Below, in pieces: positions 17,733 through 28,136 of a stretch of 64,000 bases of DNA. Both the position numbers and the translations under genes were made by a program. The DNA comes from Terriglobia bacterium. GTDB taxonomy: Bacteria; Acidobacteriota; Terriglobia; Acidiferrales; UBA7541. The notes beneath the pieces are model-generated. The model saw nothing but the letters and a program-made list of their open reading frames with translations, searched no databases and was not told where the DNA came from. Each line of letters opens with the position of its first letter. Position 1 is the first letter of the stretch. The DNA lies in the NCBI GenBank assembly GCA_963695545.1, contig OY968796.1, forward strand, positions 3,008,001 to 3,072,000. The letters are read 5' to 3'.

Positions 17733-18971
17733 TTGAGGAAGCCGCGGATTCTTGCGTGTGTGATGGCGTGCGCGCTTGCGGGTGGCGCATTGGCAGGCGC
17801 GCGCGCTCGAAGCGCGCACGTTGGCACCGGTCAGTGGGTTGGCACGTGGGCAGCGGCGCCTCAGCTCGGGGATCCGGGCAACGCGCCGCCCGCGCCGGGG
17901 TTTTCCGATAGCACGCTGCGCCAAATCGTGCACGTATCAATCGGCGGAGACCAGATCCGCGTTCGATTTACAAACGCCTTCGGCGCCGGACCGCTTTCAA
18001 TGTCTTCCGCGCACGTCGCGTTGGGGGCGGGTGGCAGCGCCATCAAACCGGAAAGTGACAGGGCGCTCACGTTTGCCGATCAGCCATCGGTGACGATTCC
18101 TCCGGGAGCGCTGGTGTATTCCGATGCGCTCGATTTTGCATTGGCTCCGTTGTCCGACGTGGTGGTGACGATTCACGTGGCGGGCGCGCCGAACGGCGTC
18201 ACGACGCATCCAGGATCGAGAGAAACGTCCTATCTGGCGGCGGGCGATTTAGTCTCCGCCGCGACGTTGCCGTCGCCGGCGCAAACCGATCACTGGTATT
18301 TTCTGAACGGCATCGACGTACTCGCCAAGCGATCGGCGGCAACCGTGGTGACGCTCGGCGATTCGATTACCGACGGCAGAAATTCCACAACCAACGGAAA
18401 CGGGCGCTGGCCAGATGATTTGGCGCGGCGCCTTGTGGCCAACAAGGGCACGGCGAACATTGGAGTGCTCAACGAAGGGATTGGCGGCAACCGGATTCTG
18501 CACGATGGCTTGGGTCCAAATGCCTTGGCGCGTTTCGATCGTGACGTGGCGGCGCAAGATGGCGTGCGCTGGGTGATCGTTTTCGAGGGTGTGAACGATA
18601 TCGGCACTGCAGCAGCGGCCGCCACGCACAACGAGAAGCCGGCCACGGCGCAAGACATTATCGCGGCCTACGAGCAGATTATTCTTCGCGCGCACGCGCA
18701 CGGAATCCGCGCGATTGGCGCGACGATTACGCCGTTTGGCGAATCGTTTTATTCGAGTCCAACGGCTGAGGCCGCGCGCCAGACCGTGAACACCTGGATT
18801 CGCACCAGCGGGAAATTTGACGCCGTGATCGACTTCGATGCCGCGGTCCGTGATCCGAAAAATCCTACGCATCTGCTGGCGGCCGCCGACAGCGGAGATC
18901 ATCTGCATGCGGCGGACGCAGGCTACAGGATGATGGCTGACGCGATCGACCTCACGCTGTTCGGGAGATAA
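17733..18971 (+). CDS. Secreted SGNH/GDSL hydrolase
   Basis: GDSITDG, GIGGN, GVND and DHLH blocks; signal peptide. Confidence 0.9.
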   Translation: MRKPRILACVMACALAGGALAGARARSAHVGTGQWVGTWAAAPQLGDPGNAPPAPGFSDSTLRQIVHVSIGGDQIRVRFTNAFGAGPLSMSSAHVALGAGGSAIKPESDRALTFADQPSVTIPPGALVYSDALDFALAPLSDVVVTIHVAGAPNGVTTHPGSRETSYLAAGDLVSAATLPSPAQTDHWYFLNGIDVLAKRSAATVVTLGDSITDGRNSTTNGNGRWPDDLARRLVANKGTANIGVLNEGIGGNRILHDGLGPNALARFDRDVAAQDGVRWVIVFEGVNDIGTAAAAATHNEKPATAQDIIAAYEQIILRAHAHGIRAIGATITPFGESFYSSPTAEAARQTVNTWIRTSGKFDAVIDFDAAVRDPKNPTHLLAAADSGDHLHAADAGYRMMADAIDLTLFGR

Positions 18972-18993
18972 AGCAAAACTCCGCTCGCTTGCT

Positions 18994-20700
18994 TTACCTA
19001 TAGCGATAAAGTCGCACTCGATAAACTCTGCCTTGCGCGGAATCGTCTGCGTTTAATTTCAACACCTGGCCCTGGGACGTTTCGTCGCCATTCAAGCGGC
19101 GTCCGAGGATCCATTGCGTGCCATCGAAGGACTCTTCGTCAATGCTCTCGATTCCGACGATCGGCGGGCCGGGAGTGCTCGTCGTGAACGTGACCAGAGA
19201 GTTGCCGCTGCCTGCGACGATGTACTCGTTCGGGCCGGTTTGAAGGAAGAGCGCCGATGCGCGCACTGCCGCGGCGGACGCATCGTTCGTCGGGTTCGGC
19301 GGACGCGTAACGGTCATAGTGTAGTCCCCGAGCGTGACTCTTGCAGCGCGCTGGGCTTCGCCTTCGAGAACCGCGGAAGCAATCTCGCCAGTCGTTTGTT
19401 TCTCGAGGATCAAGGGCGCGAGGTGCGACAACGTGGCGTATGCGTCGCCGATCGGCGACCGGCGCGATGCTTCCATGTTGCTTGGCTCCGCAGCGGAAGT
19501 GATAGCACCCGAATCCTCAGAATCGATTCCGAACGGCGAGAATCCGATCGTGGCGACTTGTCCTAGCGCATAAAAAGCGTTGGCCGCGCCCTCCGCTCCG
19601 CCGCGCGCTTCCGGAATGAACAGCGGATTGCCGGGGCGGATATATTTCTGGCACCAGGCCTCGAAATCGTCCAGGTAAATGTCCGGCGAGAGCAAATCAA
19701 TGCTCGGCGCGCCGACGCGCCAGATATCCATAGACTGCGGAAGCGGGCCGCCGCTGGCGTACTGGCCCGGTTGATAATTGGGGCGAATCAACGCGGCATT
19801 TACGTACATCGGCAGCGGATATTCGGCTTTTCCCGCCGCGGCTACGTGGTTGACGTAGCTGGCGTAAGACCACGCCATAAAGAGGTCGTCGGTAAGCGCG
19901 CCTTTGCCGAATACGTCTTCCCACGATCCGGACGTTTTGCTGCCGTTGGCTTCCCATATCGCGCGAAATTCTGGAACCAGCGCTTCGCGATGCTGCTGCA
20001 TGTAGTTCGTCAGATCCGAAGGCACCGCTGCCGCGAAGGCCGCGTTCGCCGCGGCGGAACGATCTCGCGAGTCAGGGCCAACTCCTATCTCGTTTTCGAC
20101 CTGCACCATGATCACGGTGCGCGCATCGCCGTCGGTTTCCCGAATGTGCTGCATCAAGGATGCGAAGGCGTGCGCGTCCGCGTCACGATTCGTGGCGCTG
20201 AAGGGCGAAAGCCGCTCGGTATCCAGGCCGTCGCTGGTTTGAACGCGTGGAAACCTTTGCGTATCGCTTTTCACCCACGCCGGCACATAGCTCGAAAGAG
20301 TATTTTTCCAGCTGCCGAACCACAAAAAAACCAAACGCAGATTATTTTGGCGGGCCCCCTGAATCAAACCGTCTACCACACTGAAGTCGAATTTGCCCTC
20401 CTCAGGTTCGATCGTCTCCCAGGCAACTGGCGCCAGCACGGTATTCAAATGCATCGTTGCCAGTCGCGGCCAGATCGGCTTCATGTAGGCCACGCTCGAC
20501 GAACTGGAATTGTGCAGCTCGCCGCCCAGAATCAAAAACGGCTTGCCGTCGACGATAATCTGGGTGGTAGTCCCTCGTTTTTCAAGATGCGGCGCGGCCG
20601 GGGCCACCGAGGACGTTTGCGCGAGCGCCTGTCCGACGCTGACACATGCGAGGAGCGCCACAGCCAGCGTGGGCCACTTACGTCCCATTTTTCTTATCAC
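18994..20700 (-). CDS. GH35-like beta-galactosidase with DUF5597 domain
   Basis: GGELHNSSSS, WFGSWKN, VQVENE, RRLNGDE; RBS GAGGAG before GTG 20700. Confidence 0.82.
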   Translation of the reverse strand: MIRKMGRKWPTLAVALLACVSVGQALAQTSSVAPAAPHLEKRGTTTQIIVDGKPFLILGGELHNSSSSSVAYMKPIWPRLATMHLNTVLAPVAWETIEPEEGKFDFSVVDGLIQGARQNNLRLVFLWFGSWKNTLSSYVPAWVKSDTQRFPRVQTSDGLDTERLSPFSATNRDADAHAFASLMQHIRETDGDARTVIMVQVENEIGVGPDSRDRSAAANAAFAAAVPSDLTNYMQQHREALVPEFRAIWEANGSKTSGSWEDVFGKGALTDDLFMAWSYASYVNHVAAAGKAEYPLPMYVNAALIRPNYQPGQYASGGPLPQSMDIWRVGAPSIDLLSPDIYLDDFEAWCQKYIRPGNPLFIPEARGGAEGAANAFYALGQVATIGFSPFGIDSEDSGAITSAAEPSNMEASRRSPIGDAYATLSHLAPLILEKQTTGEIASAVLEGEAQRAARVTLGDYTMTVTRPPNPTNDASAAAVRASALFLQTGPNEYIVAGSGNSLVTFTTSTPGPPIVGIESIDEESFDGTQWILGRRLNGDETSQGQVLKLNADDSAQGRVYRVRLYRYR

Positions 20701-21062
20701 GATCGCGTCTCCTCGCAACTTACCGCGGTTTCGTGCGCCATCGGAACTCGCACTGGGCGCTCGCCACGTGAGCTCAACCGGAAGCGCGCGCACACGAGCT
20801 CGAAATCCCGAATTCAGCCCGAGCAGCGGACATGATAGTCCCCGGAAACCAAGTTTCACCAGCGATCTTGGCGCGAGCGCCTCCCAGCGCGCCGGAACCG
20901 GCCTTCGGACTCCGGGGCTTGACCTTTCCGACAACGCCCCGGCGGCGCGACTTTTTGCCCGCCAACGGGTTGGATTAGTATCGGGCTAAGCGCAATCCGC
21001 ACGCTTCCCGGCCCGCCGCCTTGGGCGCGGTGGGAGGCAGCCGAAAATGGAGGAATTCTTAC

Positions 21063-22037
21063 ATGCGATCGTTGCTGAAGGCTCGCCATCTTGTTCTTTT
21101 TAGCTCGGTTATCGCCGTACTCTTTGCGCTGCCGGCCATATCGCACGCACAGGTTAGCGTCGGGGTTGCGATCAGGGTGGCGCCGCCGGCTCTGCCGGTA
21201 TATGACCAGCCGCCTTGCCCCACCGAGGGATACCTTTGGACCCCCGGTTACTGGGCCTACGGCGCCGCGGGTTACTACTGGGTCCCGGGCGTGTGGGTTG
21301 CGCCCCCGCGCGCAGGGCTGTTGTGGACACCCGGCTATTGGGGATTTGCGGGCGGCCTTTACGGCTGGCATGAGGGCTACTGGGGGCCGCACGTCGGATT
21401 CTACGGCGGAATCAATTACGGCTTCGGCTACGGTGGCGTCGGATTCTGGGGCGGACGCTGGGCGGGCGGCGCATTCCAGTACAACACAGCGGCGTGGCAC
21501 GTGGGCGCGGGCTTCCACGGTGTGTACGAGGATCGCACCTACGTCAGCAACGTCACGGTGAACGACAACCACTACAGCTTTAACGGCGACGGCGGCGTTC
21601 ATGCGATGCCGACCGCCGACGAACGCGCCGCGATGAACGAGCAGCATTTCGGGCGCACTCCGAACCAGATCTCGCAGCGGCAATCCGCGCGGGTCGACCG
21701 CAGCAATTACGCGTCGGTTAACCACGGGACTCCGGCTCATCCGGAAGGGATGGGCGTGAACGCGCGCCAGGATCGCCAGCAGAACCGCATCAATCAGGGA
21801 GTTCATTCCGGGGAGATGACGCCGGGCGAAACTTCGCACGTCGAAAAGAACGAAACCGGAATTCACGACGAGGCGCACAACGATCGTGCGGCGAATGGCG
21901 GTCATTTGACGCCACAAGAGCACAGGCAGATCGAGCATCAGCAGAACGCGGAGAGCCGCCAAATTGCCCGCGATAAGCACAACGCCAAAACCGACGCTCA
22001 CCCCAAGGGCGGAGCGAAGGACGGTGGAAAGGGTTAG
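21063..22037 (+). CDS. YXWGXW-repeat secreted protein
   Basis: Repeats YLWTPGYW, YYWVPGVW, LLWTPGYW, YGWHEGYW; signal peptide; RBS GGAGG. Confidence 0.88.
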   Translation: MRSLLKARHLVLFSSVIAVLFALPAISHAQVSVGVAIRVAPPALPVYDQPPCPTEGYLWTPGYWAYGAAGYYWVPGVWVAPPRAGLLWTPGYWGFAGGLYGWHEGYWGPHVGFYGGINYGFGYGGVGFWGGRWAGGAFQYNTAAWHVGAGFHGVYEDRTYVSNVTVNDNHYSFNGDGGVHAMPTADERAAMNEQHFGRTPNQISQRQSARVDRSNYASVNHGTPAHPEGMGVNARQDRQQNRINQGVHSGEMTPGETSHVEKNETGIHDEAHNDRAANGGHLTPQEHRQIEHQQNAESRQIARDKHNAKTDAHPKGGAKDGGKG

Positions 22038-22074
22038 CGGCGGACATTTGGTCTGACGCAGGATCGGAAGGTTT

Positions 22075-22104
22075 GGGGCGGCCGCAAGGTCGCCCTTTTC
22101 ATTT
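22075..22104 (+). terminator. Intrinsic terminator
   Basis: GGGCGGCC-GCAA-GGTCGCCC followed by TTTTCATTT. Confidence 0.75.
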
Positions 22105-22126
22105 CGCGGCGCGACTTTGCAACGAT

Positions 22127-22168
22127 AAAAAAAGAGAGGCGCATGGCAGAATCACACGCGCCTCCCTC
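22127..22168 (-). terminator. Intrinsic terminator on the minus strand
   Basis: GAGGCGCGTG...CATGCGCCTC followed by TC and a T7 run on the minus strand. Confidence 0.7.
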
Positions 22169-22364
22169 ACAAATGAGTCAATTCGATGTGTACCTCAGGG
22201 ATCACCTCCTTCTCGAGAGCATCCTCGATACGCCCATGATAAAACGGGTCGGAGCGATTTCACAACCGTAGCTTATTGAATTTTTGGCGGAGCGCGCGCA
22301 CGGCGGGCAAGGCGCGGGCCGATACTCCGCGCCGGGCGATCGAGCCAGTTGTGCTGACGACGCT

Positions 22365-23405
22365 CTAGGGAAATAGAAGATGAACCTTCATCGACTGGCT
22401 GCGATCGAGCGCCACGTCGAAGGCATGATTGGCCTCGGTGAGGGCGAAGGTGTGCGTCATCAATGGCCGGAGATCGATTTTCCGCGCGACAATCTCCTCA
22501 ACCGCAATGGCGTACTGATCGCTGTTGAAGCGGAACGATCCCTGGAAGCGCAGTTCCTTGGCCATGATCAGATTGATTGCCACCGGCGATTGGCCGGCGG
22601 GCAGGTTACCAACTTGCACGACGCTGCCGCCCGCAGTGACGGTGCGCAGAGCGGTGTTCAGTCCCGCGGGGCTGCCGGATGCTTCGATGACCACGTCGAA
22701 CGTGCCGCGATTCTGCGACCAGCGATCGATCGCGGATTGATCGTCGGCCAACACGGTCTCGTCCGCGCCGAGCCGCGCAGCCATGTCCAACGCCTTCTGC
22801 GCGAGATCGACCGCGGTGAGTTTGTGCGCCCCCGCGCGTTTGGCGGCGGCCAGAAGAATGCAACCGATCGGTCCGCAGCCGACCATAAGCACGCGCGCGC
22901 CGAGCAGCGATCCAGCCTGACCGATGGCGTGCAGCGCAACGGCCAGCGGCTCAGCCATCGAAGCCTGCGCAAAATCGAATGAATCCGGCACGGGAATACA
23001 CTGGCGCCCGGACACTGCGATAAATTCGCGAAACGTTCCCTGCACGTGGGGAAATGTCGACGCACTTCCCATGAAACGCATGTTCAAACATTGGTTCGGC
23101 ATGCCCTTCAGACAAAACCGGCACGATCCGCAATTCGCGCTGGGATTCACCGCGACGCGCTGCCCGACGCGCAATTCGCTTACGCCTTCACCGAGCGCGG
23201 CCACTTCGCCCGCCACTTCGTGGCCCAGCACAAGCGGCTCGCGCAGCGCAAAATCTCCGCTCTTGCCCTTAAAGTAGTACGCCAGGTCGGACCCGCAGAT
23301 ACCTCCCGCGCGCACGCTGATCAATACATGGCCAGGCATGAGCTGCGGGCGATCCTGTTCCTCGATTACGATTTTTTTCGGCTCGTGGAGTACGGCTGCA
23401 ATCAT
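22365..23405 (-). CDS. idnD: L-idonate 5-dehydrogenase-like Zn-dependent alcohol dehydrogenase
   Basis: GICGSD, LGHE, structural Zn cysteines, GCGPIG, SMKVHL end. Confidence 0.75.
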   Translation of the reverse strand: MIAAVLHEPKKIVIEEQDRPQLMPGHVLISVRAGGICGSDLAYYFKGKSGDFALREPLVLGHEVAGEVAALGEGVSELRVGQRVAVNPSANCGSCRFCLKGMPNQCLNMRFMGSASTFPHVQGTFREFIAVSGRQCIPVPDSFDFAQASMAEPLAVALHAIGQAGSLLGARVLMVGCGPIGCILLAAAKRAGAHKLTAVDLAQKALDMAARLGADETVLADDQSAIDRWSQNRGTFDVVIEASGSPAGLNTALRTVTAGGSVVQVGNLPAGQSPVAINLIMAKELRFQGSFRFNSDQYAIAVEEIVARKIDLRPLMTHTFALTEANHAFDVALDRSQSMKVHLLFP

Positions 23406-24438
23406 GAATGCTCCCACAGTTCTTTGGCGCGGCGAGGGCCAGTACTTCTTGCCAAACGCCATCGTCGACGACGATTCCTTTTTCAAGCTGTTCGATTCTG
23501 GTTCTCAGCGCGCTTTCTCCGGGATACAAAACTTCCGTGCTTTTCTCTACGAGTGTCGATCCATGCACAAAATCCACCACACTGTCGGCTACCTGCTCAG
23601 TGAATGCCGCGCCGCCCAGTTTGCGCGGATCGATCAGGATGAACACTTGCGAACATCCGGTACAACTCCCTTGCTGGATTTTGTCGATCGCGTTCGTCGG
23701 AGACCCTTCGGAAAGCACGGCGGCCAGCAGATCGAGCATGATGGAAAGACCGGAGCCTTTCCAATAGCCCATCGGCAAGATGCGCATCGATTCTTCAACC
23801 GGTCCCGGCTCGGTGGTAAGCACGCCGTGCTTATCAAAACCGGCGGGGAAGGGCATCGACTTGCCCTTCATTCGCGCGGATTGCAGTTTGCCGTAAGAAA
23901 ATTGCGACATGGCCATGTCCAGAACCATGTTTCCTTTTTTTCGCGGCGCCGCGATCACCAACGGATTGTTGCCCAGGCGCGTATCCTTGGCGCCCCAGGC
24001 AGGCATGCAGGATTCCGTGTTGGTCCAACCGATCGCGATCAGCCCACGATCCGCAGCGCGCCAGCCGTACGTTCCGCCGCGCATCCAATGGGTCGTGTTT
24101 CGCAACGCCACGATGCCGACACCCTGCTCTCGGGCCACTTGCATGGCGCGGTCGGTCGCGAAGAGCGCATTCAGGATTCCGGGGCCGCGATGACCGTCGT
24201 ATATTTCAATCGCCCCAGCCTGCCGCACAAGTTCCGGTTGCGCGTCCAGTCTCACCCAGCCCTTGGCAATGTAATCCACAAATCGCGGCACGCGGTTCAA
24301 TCCGTGCGAGTTCACTCCGTCGCAGCTCGATTCGGTGTGGATGCGCGCGCAAAGCCGGGCGTCGTGGTCGTTCATGCCCGCGTTCAGAAATGCCGTCGCG
24401 ATCGAAGCCTGCATTTCGGCGAAAGGAATTCTGGCCAT
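23269..24438 (-). CDS. yiaK: 3-dehydro-L-gulonate 2-dehydrogenase (2,3-diketo-L-gulonate reductase, Ldh_2 family)
   Basis: DGVNSHGLNR, HWMRGGTYGW, DMAMSQFSYG, PMGYWKGSGLS. Confidence 0.88.
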   Translation of the reverse strand: MARIPFAEMQASIATAFLNAGMNDHDARLCARIHTESSCDGVNSHGLNRVPRFVDYIAKGWVRLDAQPELVRQAGAIEIYDGHRGPGILNALFATDRAMQVAREQGVGIVALRNTTHWMRGGTYGWRAADRGLIAIGWTNTESCMPAWGAKDTRLGNNPLVIAAPRKKGNMVLDMAMSQFSYGKLQSARMKGKSMPFPAGFDKHGVLTTEPGPVEESMRILPMGYWKGSGLSIMLDLLAAVLSEGSPTNAIDKIQQGSCTGCSQVFILIDPRKLGGAAFTEQVADSVVDFVHGSTLVEKSTEVLYPGESALRTRIEQLEKGIVVDDGVWQEVLALAAPKNCGSIHDCSRTPRAEKNRNRGTGSPAAHAWPCIDQRARGRYLRVRPGVLL

Positions 24439-24701
24439 CTTTGAGTCGTCTCCTCTAAGCCCAATGAAGCGCGGCACCCTGTCCTGACTGCGATTTGGCA
24501 GCAGCATATTCCGTGTCGAAACCAATGTACATCCGCGAGCGGCTAACCGCCCGCCCGAGATCCGAGCGGTGTACCAATCACCGAACCAAATGCATCGAAC
24601 GGAAGTCGGCGCGCGCGCGTCGCCTTCGCCTTTCGGCTAAAAATATATATTTGACGCAACCGATCATCAGCGATACGACCGATTAAGAATGAGGTCCAGA
24701 A

Positions 24702-25430
24702 ATGGCAACTGCGCGGAAAACAATGATCGTGACCGGCGGCTCGCAGGGCATTGGAGCGGGGCTTGTGAAGGCCTTTCTGGATCGCGGTTACAACGTCGTG
24801 GCGAATGCGCGGCACATCACCCAGTCGGGCGCCTTCGCGCCCTCGGATCAGCTCGCGTTGGTTGATGGAGACATCGTGGAAGCGGAAACGGCGGCGAAGA
24901 TCGGCGAAACCGCCAAAACCAAATTTGGATCGATCGACGCGCTGGTCAACAACGCCGGAATCTATTTCTCGAAACATTTCACGGATTACACGATCGCGGA
25001 TCTGCGATCCCTCATTTCCGTCAACATCGAAGGCTTTTTCTTTATGAGCCAGGTCGCGATCAAGCAGATGCTGGCTCAGAATACCGGCGGAAGCATTGTG
25101 AATTTGTCGTCGACAATGGCGGGTCATCCCATCGCTGGAATAAACGCTACGGTTCCCATGATCACTAAGGGCGGGCTTGAGGCCGCCACGCGCAGTCTGG
25201 CGATGGAGTATGCGAAACAGGGCATACGCGTGAACGCCGTCGCGCCGGGCATCGTCGACACGTCTATGCACGAGAATGAGTCGAACGATTTCATGAAGAC
25301 GCTGCAACCGATGGGTCAGATTTCCTATGTGAAAGACATCGTGGACGCGATCGTTTATCTGACGGAAGCCGGTCAGGTGACCGGGGAGGTGCTGCACGTG
25401 GATGGCGGCGCGCACATCGGCAAATGGTAA
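24702..25430 (+). CDS. SDR family oxidoreductase
   Basis: TGGSQGIG, NNAG, RVNAVAPG; the catalytic YxxxK appears as PMITK. Confidence 0.9.
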   Translation: MATARKTMIVTGGSQGIGAGLVKAFLDRGYNVVANARHITQSGAFAPSDQLALVDGDIVEAETAAKIGETAKTKFGSIDALVNNAGIYFSKHFTDYTIADLRSLISVNIEGFFFMSQVAIKQMLAQNTGGSIVNLSSTMAGHPIAGINATVPMITKGGLEAATRSLAMEYAKQGIRVNAVAPGIVDTSMHENESNDFMKTLQPMGQISYVKDIVDAIVYLTEAGQVTGEVLHVDGGAHIGKW

Positions 25431-25912
25431 CCCGCGAAAGTTCGCGGCCGGTCGGCGCCGAGCAGCGGTTGAAAGAACTTGGCATCGAGTTGCCGACGCC
25501 GCCTGAGCCGTTCGGCATCTATGCGGAAGCCGTGCAGACGGGCAATCTGCTATTTCTGACGGGAATGCTTCCCACCGAAGGCCGCGCCGCGAAATTCGTC
25601 GGGCGCGTCGGCGCGGAGCTCGATGTGGAAGCCGGGCGTGCGGCGGCGCGCCTCGCGGCACTCAACGTCCTCGCCGTCGCGCGGCAGCATTTGGGTTCGC
25701 TCGATAAAATCACGCGGGTCGTCCGGCTCGGCGTGTCCGTGGCTACTTCGGGAGATGTTCGCGATCAACCGAAAGTCGCCGACGGCGCTTCCGAGTTGCT
25801 GCAAGACGTGTTCGGAAAAGACAAGAACCCTTGCCGCCTGGTGTATGGCGTCGCGAGCCTGCCGCTCGGCACGCCGGTCGAGCTGGAAGTTATTTTCGAG
25901 GTGGTGGTGTAA
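25424..25912 (+). CDS. RidA/YjgF family protein
   Basis: RLKELGIELP...QPKVADGASELL...GVASLPLGTPVELE. Confidence 0.88.
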   Translation: MVTRESSRPVGAEQRLKELGIELPTPPEPFGIYAEAVQTGNLLFLTGMLPTEGRAAKFVGRVGAELDVEAGRAAARLAALNVLAVARQHLGSLDKITRVVRLGVSVATSGDVRDQPKVADGASELLQDVFGKDKNPCRLVYGVASLPLGTPVELEVIFEVVV

Positions 25913-26008
25913 CAGAGATAGCGAGAGGCGCGGATCCACCGTGGCCCGACACGCAATCGTCTTTGCGGTTCGTTCCGCCTATAATCCAGACAGAGGAGCA
26001 AATAATTT

Positions 26009-27013
26009 ATGTCGCACCATTACTCCGGTCCCGATTTTGGGTTTCCGCATGGCGATGCCCGCCTGGACTTCACTGATTTGTATGCTTTCCCGAAGCCCGG
26101 GGACGCTGGCAAGTCGATCCTGATCATGAACGCGCATCCGTCCGTCGGTGTGAACCCGCCTGGGCCCACGATGGCCGAACCCTTCGCCCCCCAGGCGGTG
26201 TACGAGCTTCGGATTGACACTAACGGTGATTTCGTCGCCGATATCGCCTACCGAGTGCGCTTCTCGTCCTCCAAGGACGGCGCGCGGAGCGCAACATTGC
26301 GCCGGGCTGAAGGCGCGCAGGCCGCCGGAGCAGGTGACGAAGGGCAGACGATCATCGAAGCAGCACCGGTCTCGACCGGGCCGGAGATACGGGTGACCGA
26401 CGCCGGGGGCTACCGCTTCTTCGCCGGCTGGCGCAGTGATCCCTTTTTCTTCGACGTGCAGGGCGCCCTGAACAACCTGCAATTCACCGGTGACGATTAT
26501 TTCACCGACAAGGACGTGTGCAGCATCGTGCTGGAGGCGCCCAACTCCGCCCTCGGTTCTCAGAAGATGGCACTGTGGGTTCGCACTCTCGACGGCGCCG
26601 GCGGGAAATGGGCTCAGGCGGATCGTGGTGCGCGGTCCAATCAAACTCCGTTCCTTGCCGGCGAGCAGAACGCGGCCTATCTCGCTGCGGAGCCGGCGGG
26701 CGATGCTCGTTTCGTCCCCGTCTTCGCACACGCGCTGGAGCACACTGGTGGATATACGCCGGCGGAAGCAACTCGAGTGGCCGGGACCCTGCTGCCGGAC
26801 GTCCTCCATTATGATCCCACGCGGCCGGCGTCTTACCCGGACAGTGGCCGTGCACTCACTGACGACGTCGTAGATTTTTTCCTTCCCCTCCTTACAAATG
26901 GAAAGGTGACGCAGGATAAGGTAGGGCCCCACAAAGATCTGCTCGCGTCGTTTCCTTACGTCGGTCCGCCGCACAAGGACCGAACTGCGGAACTGGCGGC
27001 CGGCAAGGCGTAG
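26009..27013 (+). CDS. DUF4331 family protein
   Basis: MSHH...DFTDLYAF, FAGWRSDPFFFD, GRALTDDVVD, FPYVGPPH. Confidence 0.82.
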   Translation: MSHHYSGPDFGFPHGDARLDFTDLYAFPKPGDAGKSILIMNAHPSVGVNPPGPTMAEPFAPQAVYELRIDTNGDFVADIAYRVRFSSSKDGARSATLRRAEGAQAAGAGDEGQTIIEAAPVSTGPEIRVTDAGGYRFFAGWRSDPFFFDVQGALNNLQFTGDDYFTDKDVCSIVLEAPNSALGSQKMALWVRTLDGAGGKWAQADRGARSNQTPFLAGEQNAAYLAAEPAGDARFVPVFAHALEHTGGYTPAEATRVAGTLLPDVLHYDPTRPASYPDSGRALTDDVVDFFLPLLTNGKVTQDKVGPHKDLLASFPYVGPPHKDRTAELAAGKA

Positions 27014-27044
27014 GTCGTCGCGTTACGAACGATCGCGACGCGCG

Positions 27045-28010
27045 ATGGGTAAGGTAACTCGGCGAAAGGTCATGAAGATCGCGGCGGCGGCCGCGGCCAC
27101 CGCGGCCTTGCCCGCGCGTTGGACATCGGCCAGCGCCGCAGAAAAGGAACCTCCCGTGAACTACCCGACTTTTTATCGCACGACAAAAATCGATGGCCTC
27201 TCGATTTTTTACAGAGAGGCCGGCCCGAAAGATGCGCCAACGCTTCTCCTGCTGCACGGATTGCCTTCTTCATCGCGGATGTTCGAGCCTCTCTTCGCGC
27301 GCCTTTCCGACCGCTACCACCTCGTGGCGCCGGATTACCCGGGCTATGGGCACAGCGACTGGCCGGACGCAAAGAAATTCGCTTACACGTTTGATCACAT
27401 CGCCGAGATCATGAATCACTTCGCGGAAGCGCTCGGCCTTTCGCGCTACACGCTGTACATGCAGGATTATGGCGGCCCCGTCGGTTTTCGCATGGTCCTG
27501 GCCCATCCGGAGCGCGTCGAGGCCCTCATCGTCCAGGACGCTGTGGCGCACAACGAAGGACTGGGCGCGAACTGGAAAACGCGCCGCGCCTTCTGGGCCG
27601 ATCGCGCTGCCAACGAAGCCGCTCTGCGCACAAATCTCCTTTCGCTTGCGACCACGCGGGCGCGCCACGCGGGGGACGATCCCAACCTCGAACGCCATGA
27701 CCCCGATCTCTGGACCGATGAATTCTACTTTCTCAACCAGCCCGGACAGGGCGAGATTCAAGTTGACCTCTTCTACGATTACCGCACTAACGTTGAGAAC
27801 TATCCGAAGTGGCAGACCTGGATGCGCGAGAAGCAGCCGCGCCTGCTGGTGATCTGGGGCAAGTATGAGTCGTCGTTCGATCCCTCGGAGCCGGAATCCT
27901 TTCGCCGCGATGTGCCGAAGGCCGAGGTGCACATTGTCGATGGGGGCCATTTCGCGCTCGATACCGCGGCGGACCAGATTGCGCAGCTCGTCCGCGATTT
28001 CATGAAGTAG
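27045..28010 (+). CDS. Alpha/beta hydrolase with possible Tat signal
   Basis: TRRKVMK twin-arginine; LLHGLPSS, QDYGGP, GGHFALD. Confidence 0.88.
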   Translation: MGKVTRRKVMKIAAAAAATAALPARWTSASAAEKEPPVNYPTFYRTTKIDGLSIFYREAGPKDAPTLLLLHGLPSSSRMFEPLFARLSDRYHLVAPDYPGYGHSDWPDAKKFAYTFDHIAEIMNHFAEALGLSRYTLYMQDYGGPVGFRMVLAHPERVEALIVQDAVAHNEGLGANWKTRRAFWADRAANEAALRTNLLSLATTRARHAGDDPNLERHDPDLWTDEFYFLNQPGQGEIQVDLFYDYRTNVENYPKWQTWMREKQPRLLVIWGKYESSFDPSEPESFRRDVPKAEVHIVDGGHFALDTAADQIAQLVRDFMK

Positions 28011-28136
28011 CGTTATCTAAGCCGCGACTGCGAACAAACGCCGGGTCCCGAAATATTGGGGGAACCTTATTGCGGTCAGGCGAATCTAACTTACCAGGGC
28101 CGCTATGAGGTGGAGTTGCAGAGGAGGTTCACGAAC

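Noticed and set aside
22199..22213. 16S rRNA fragment
   Set aside because: Only the anti-SD 13-mer matches; the flanks are not rRNA-like.
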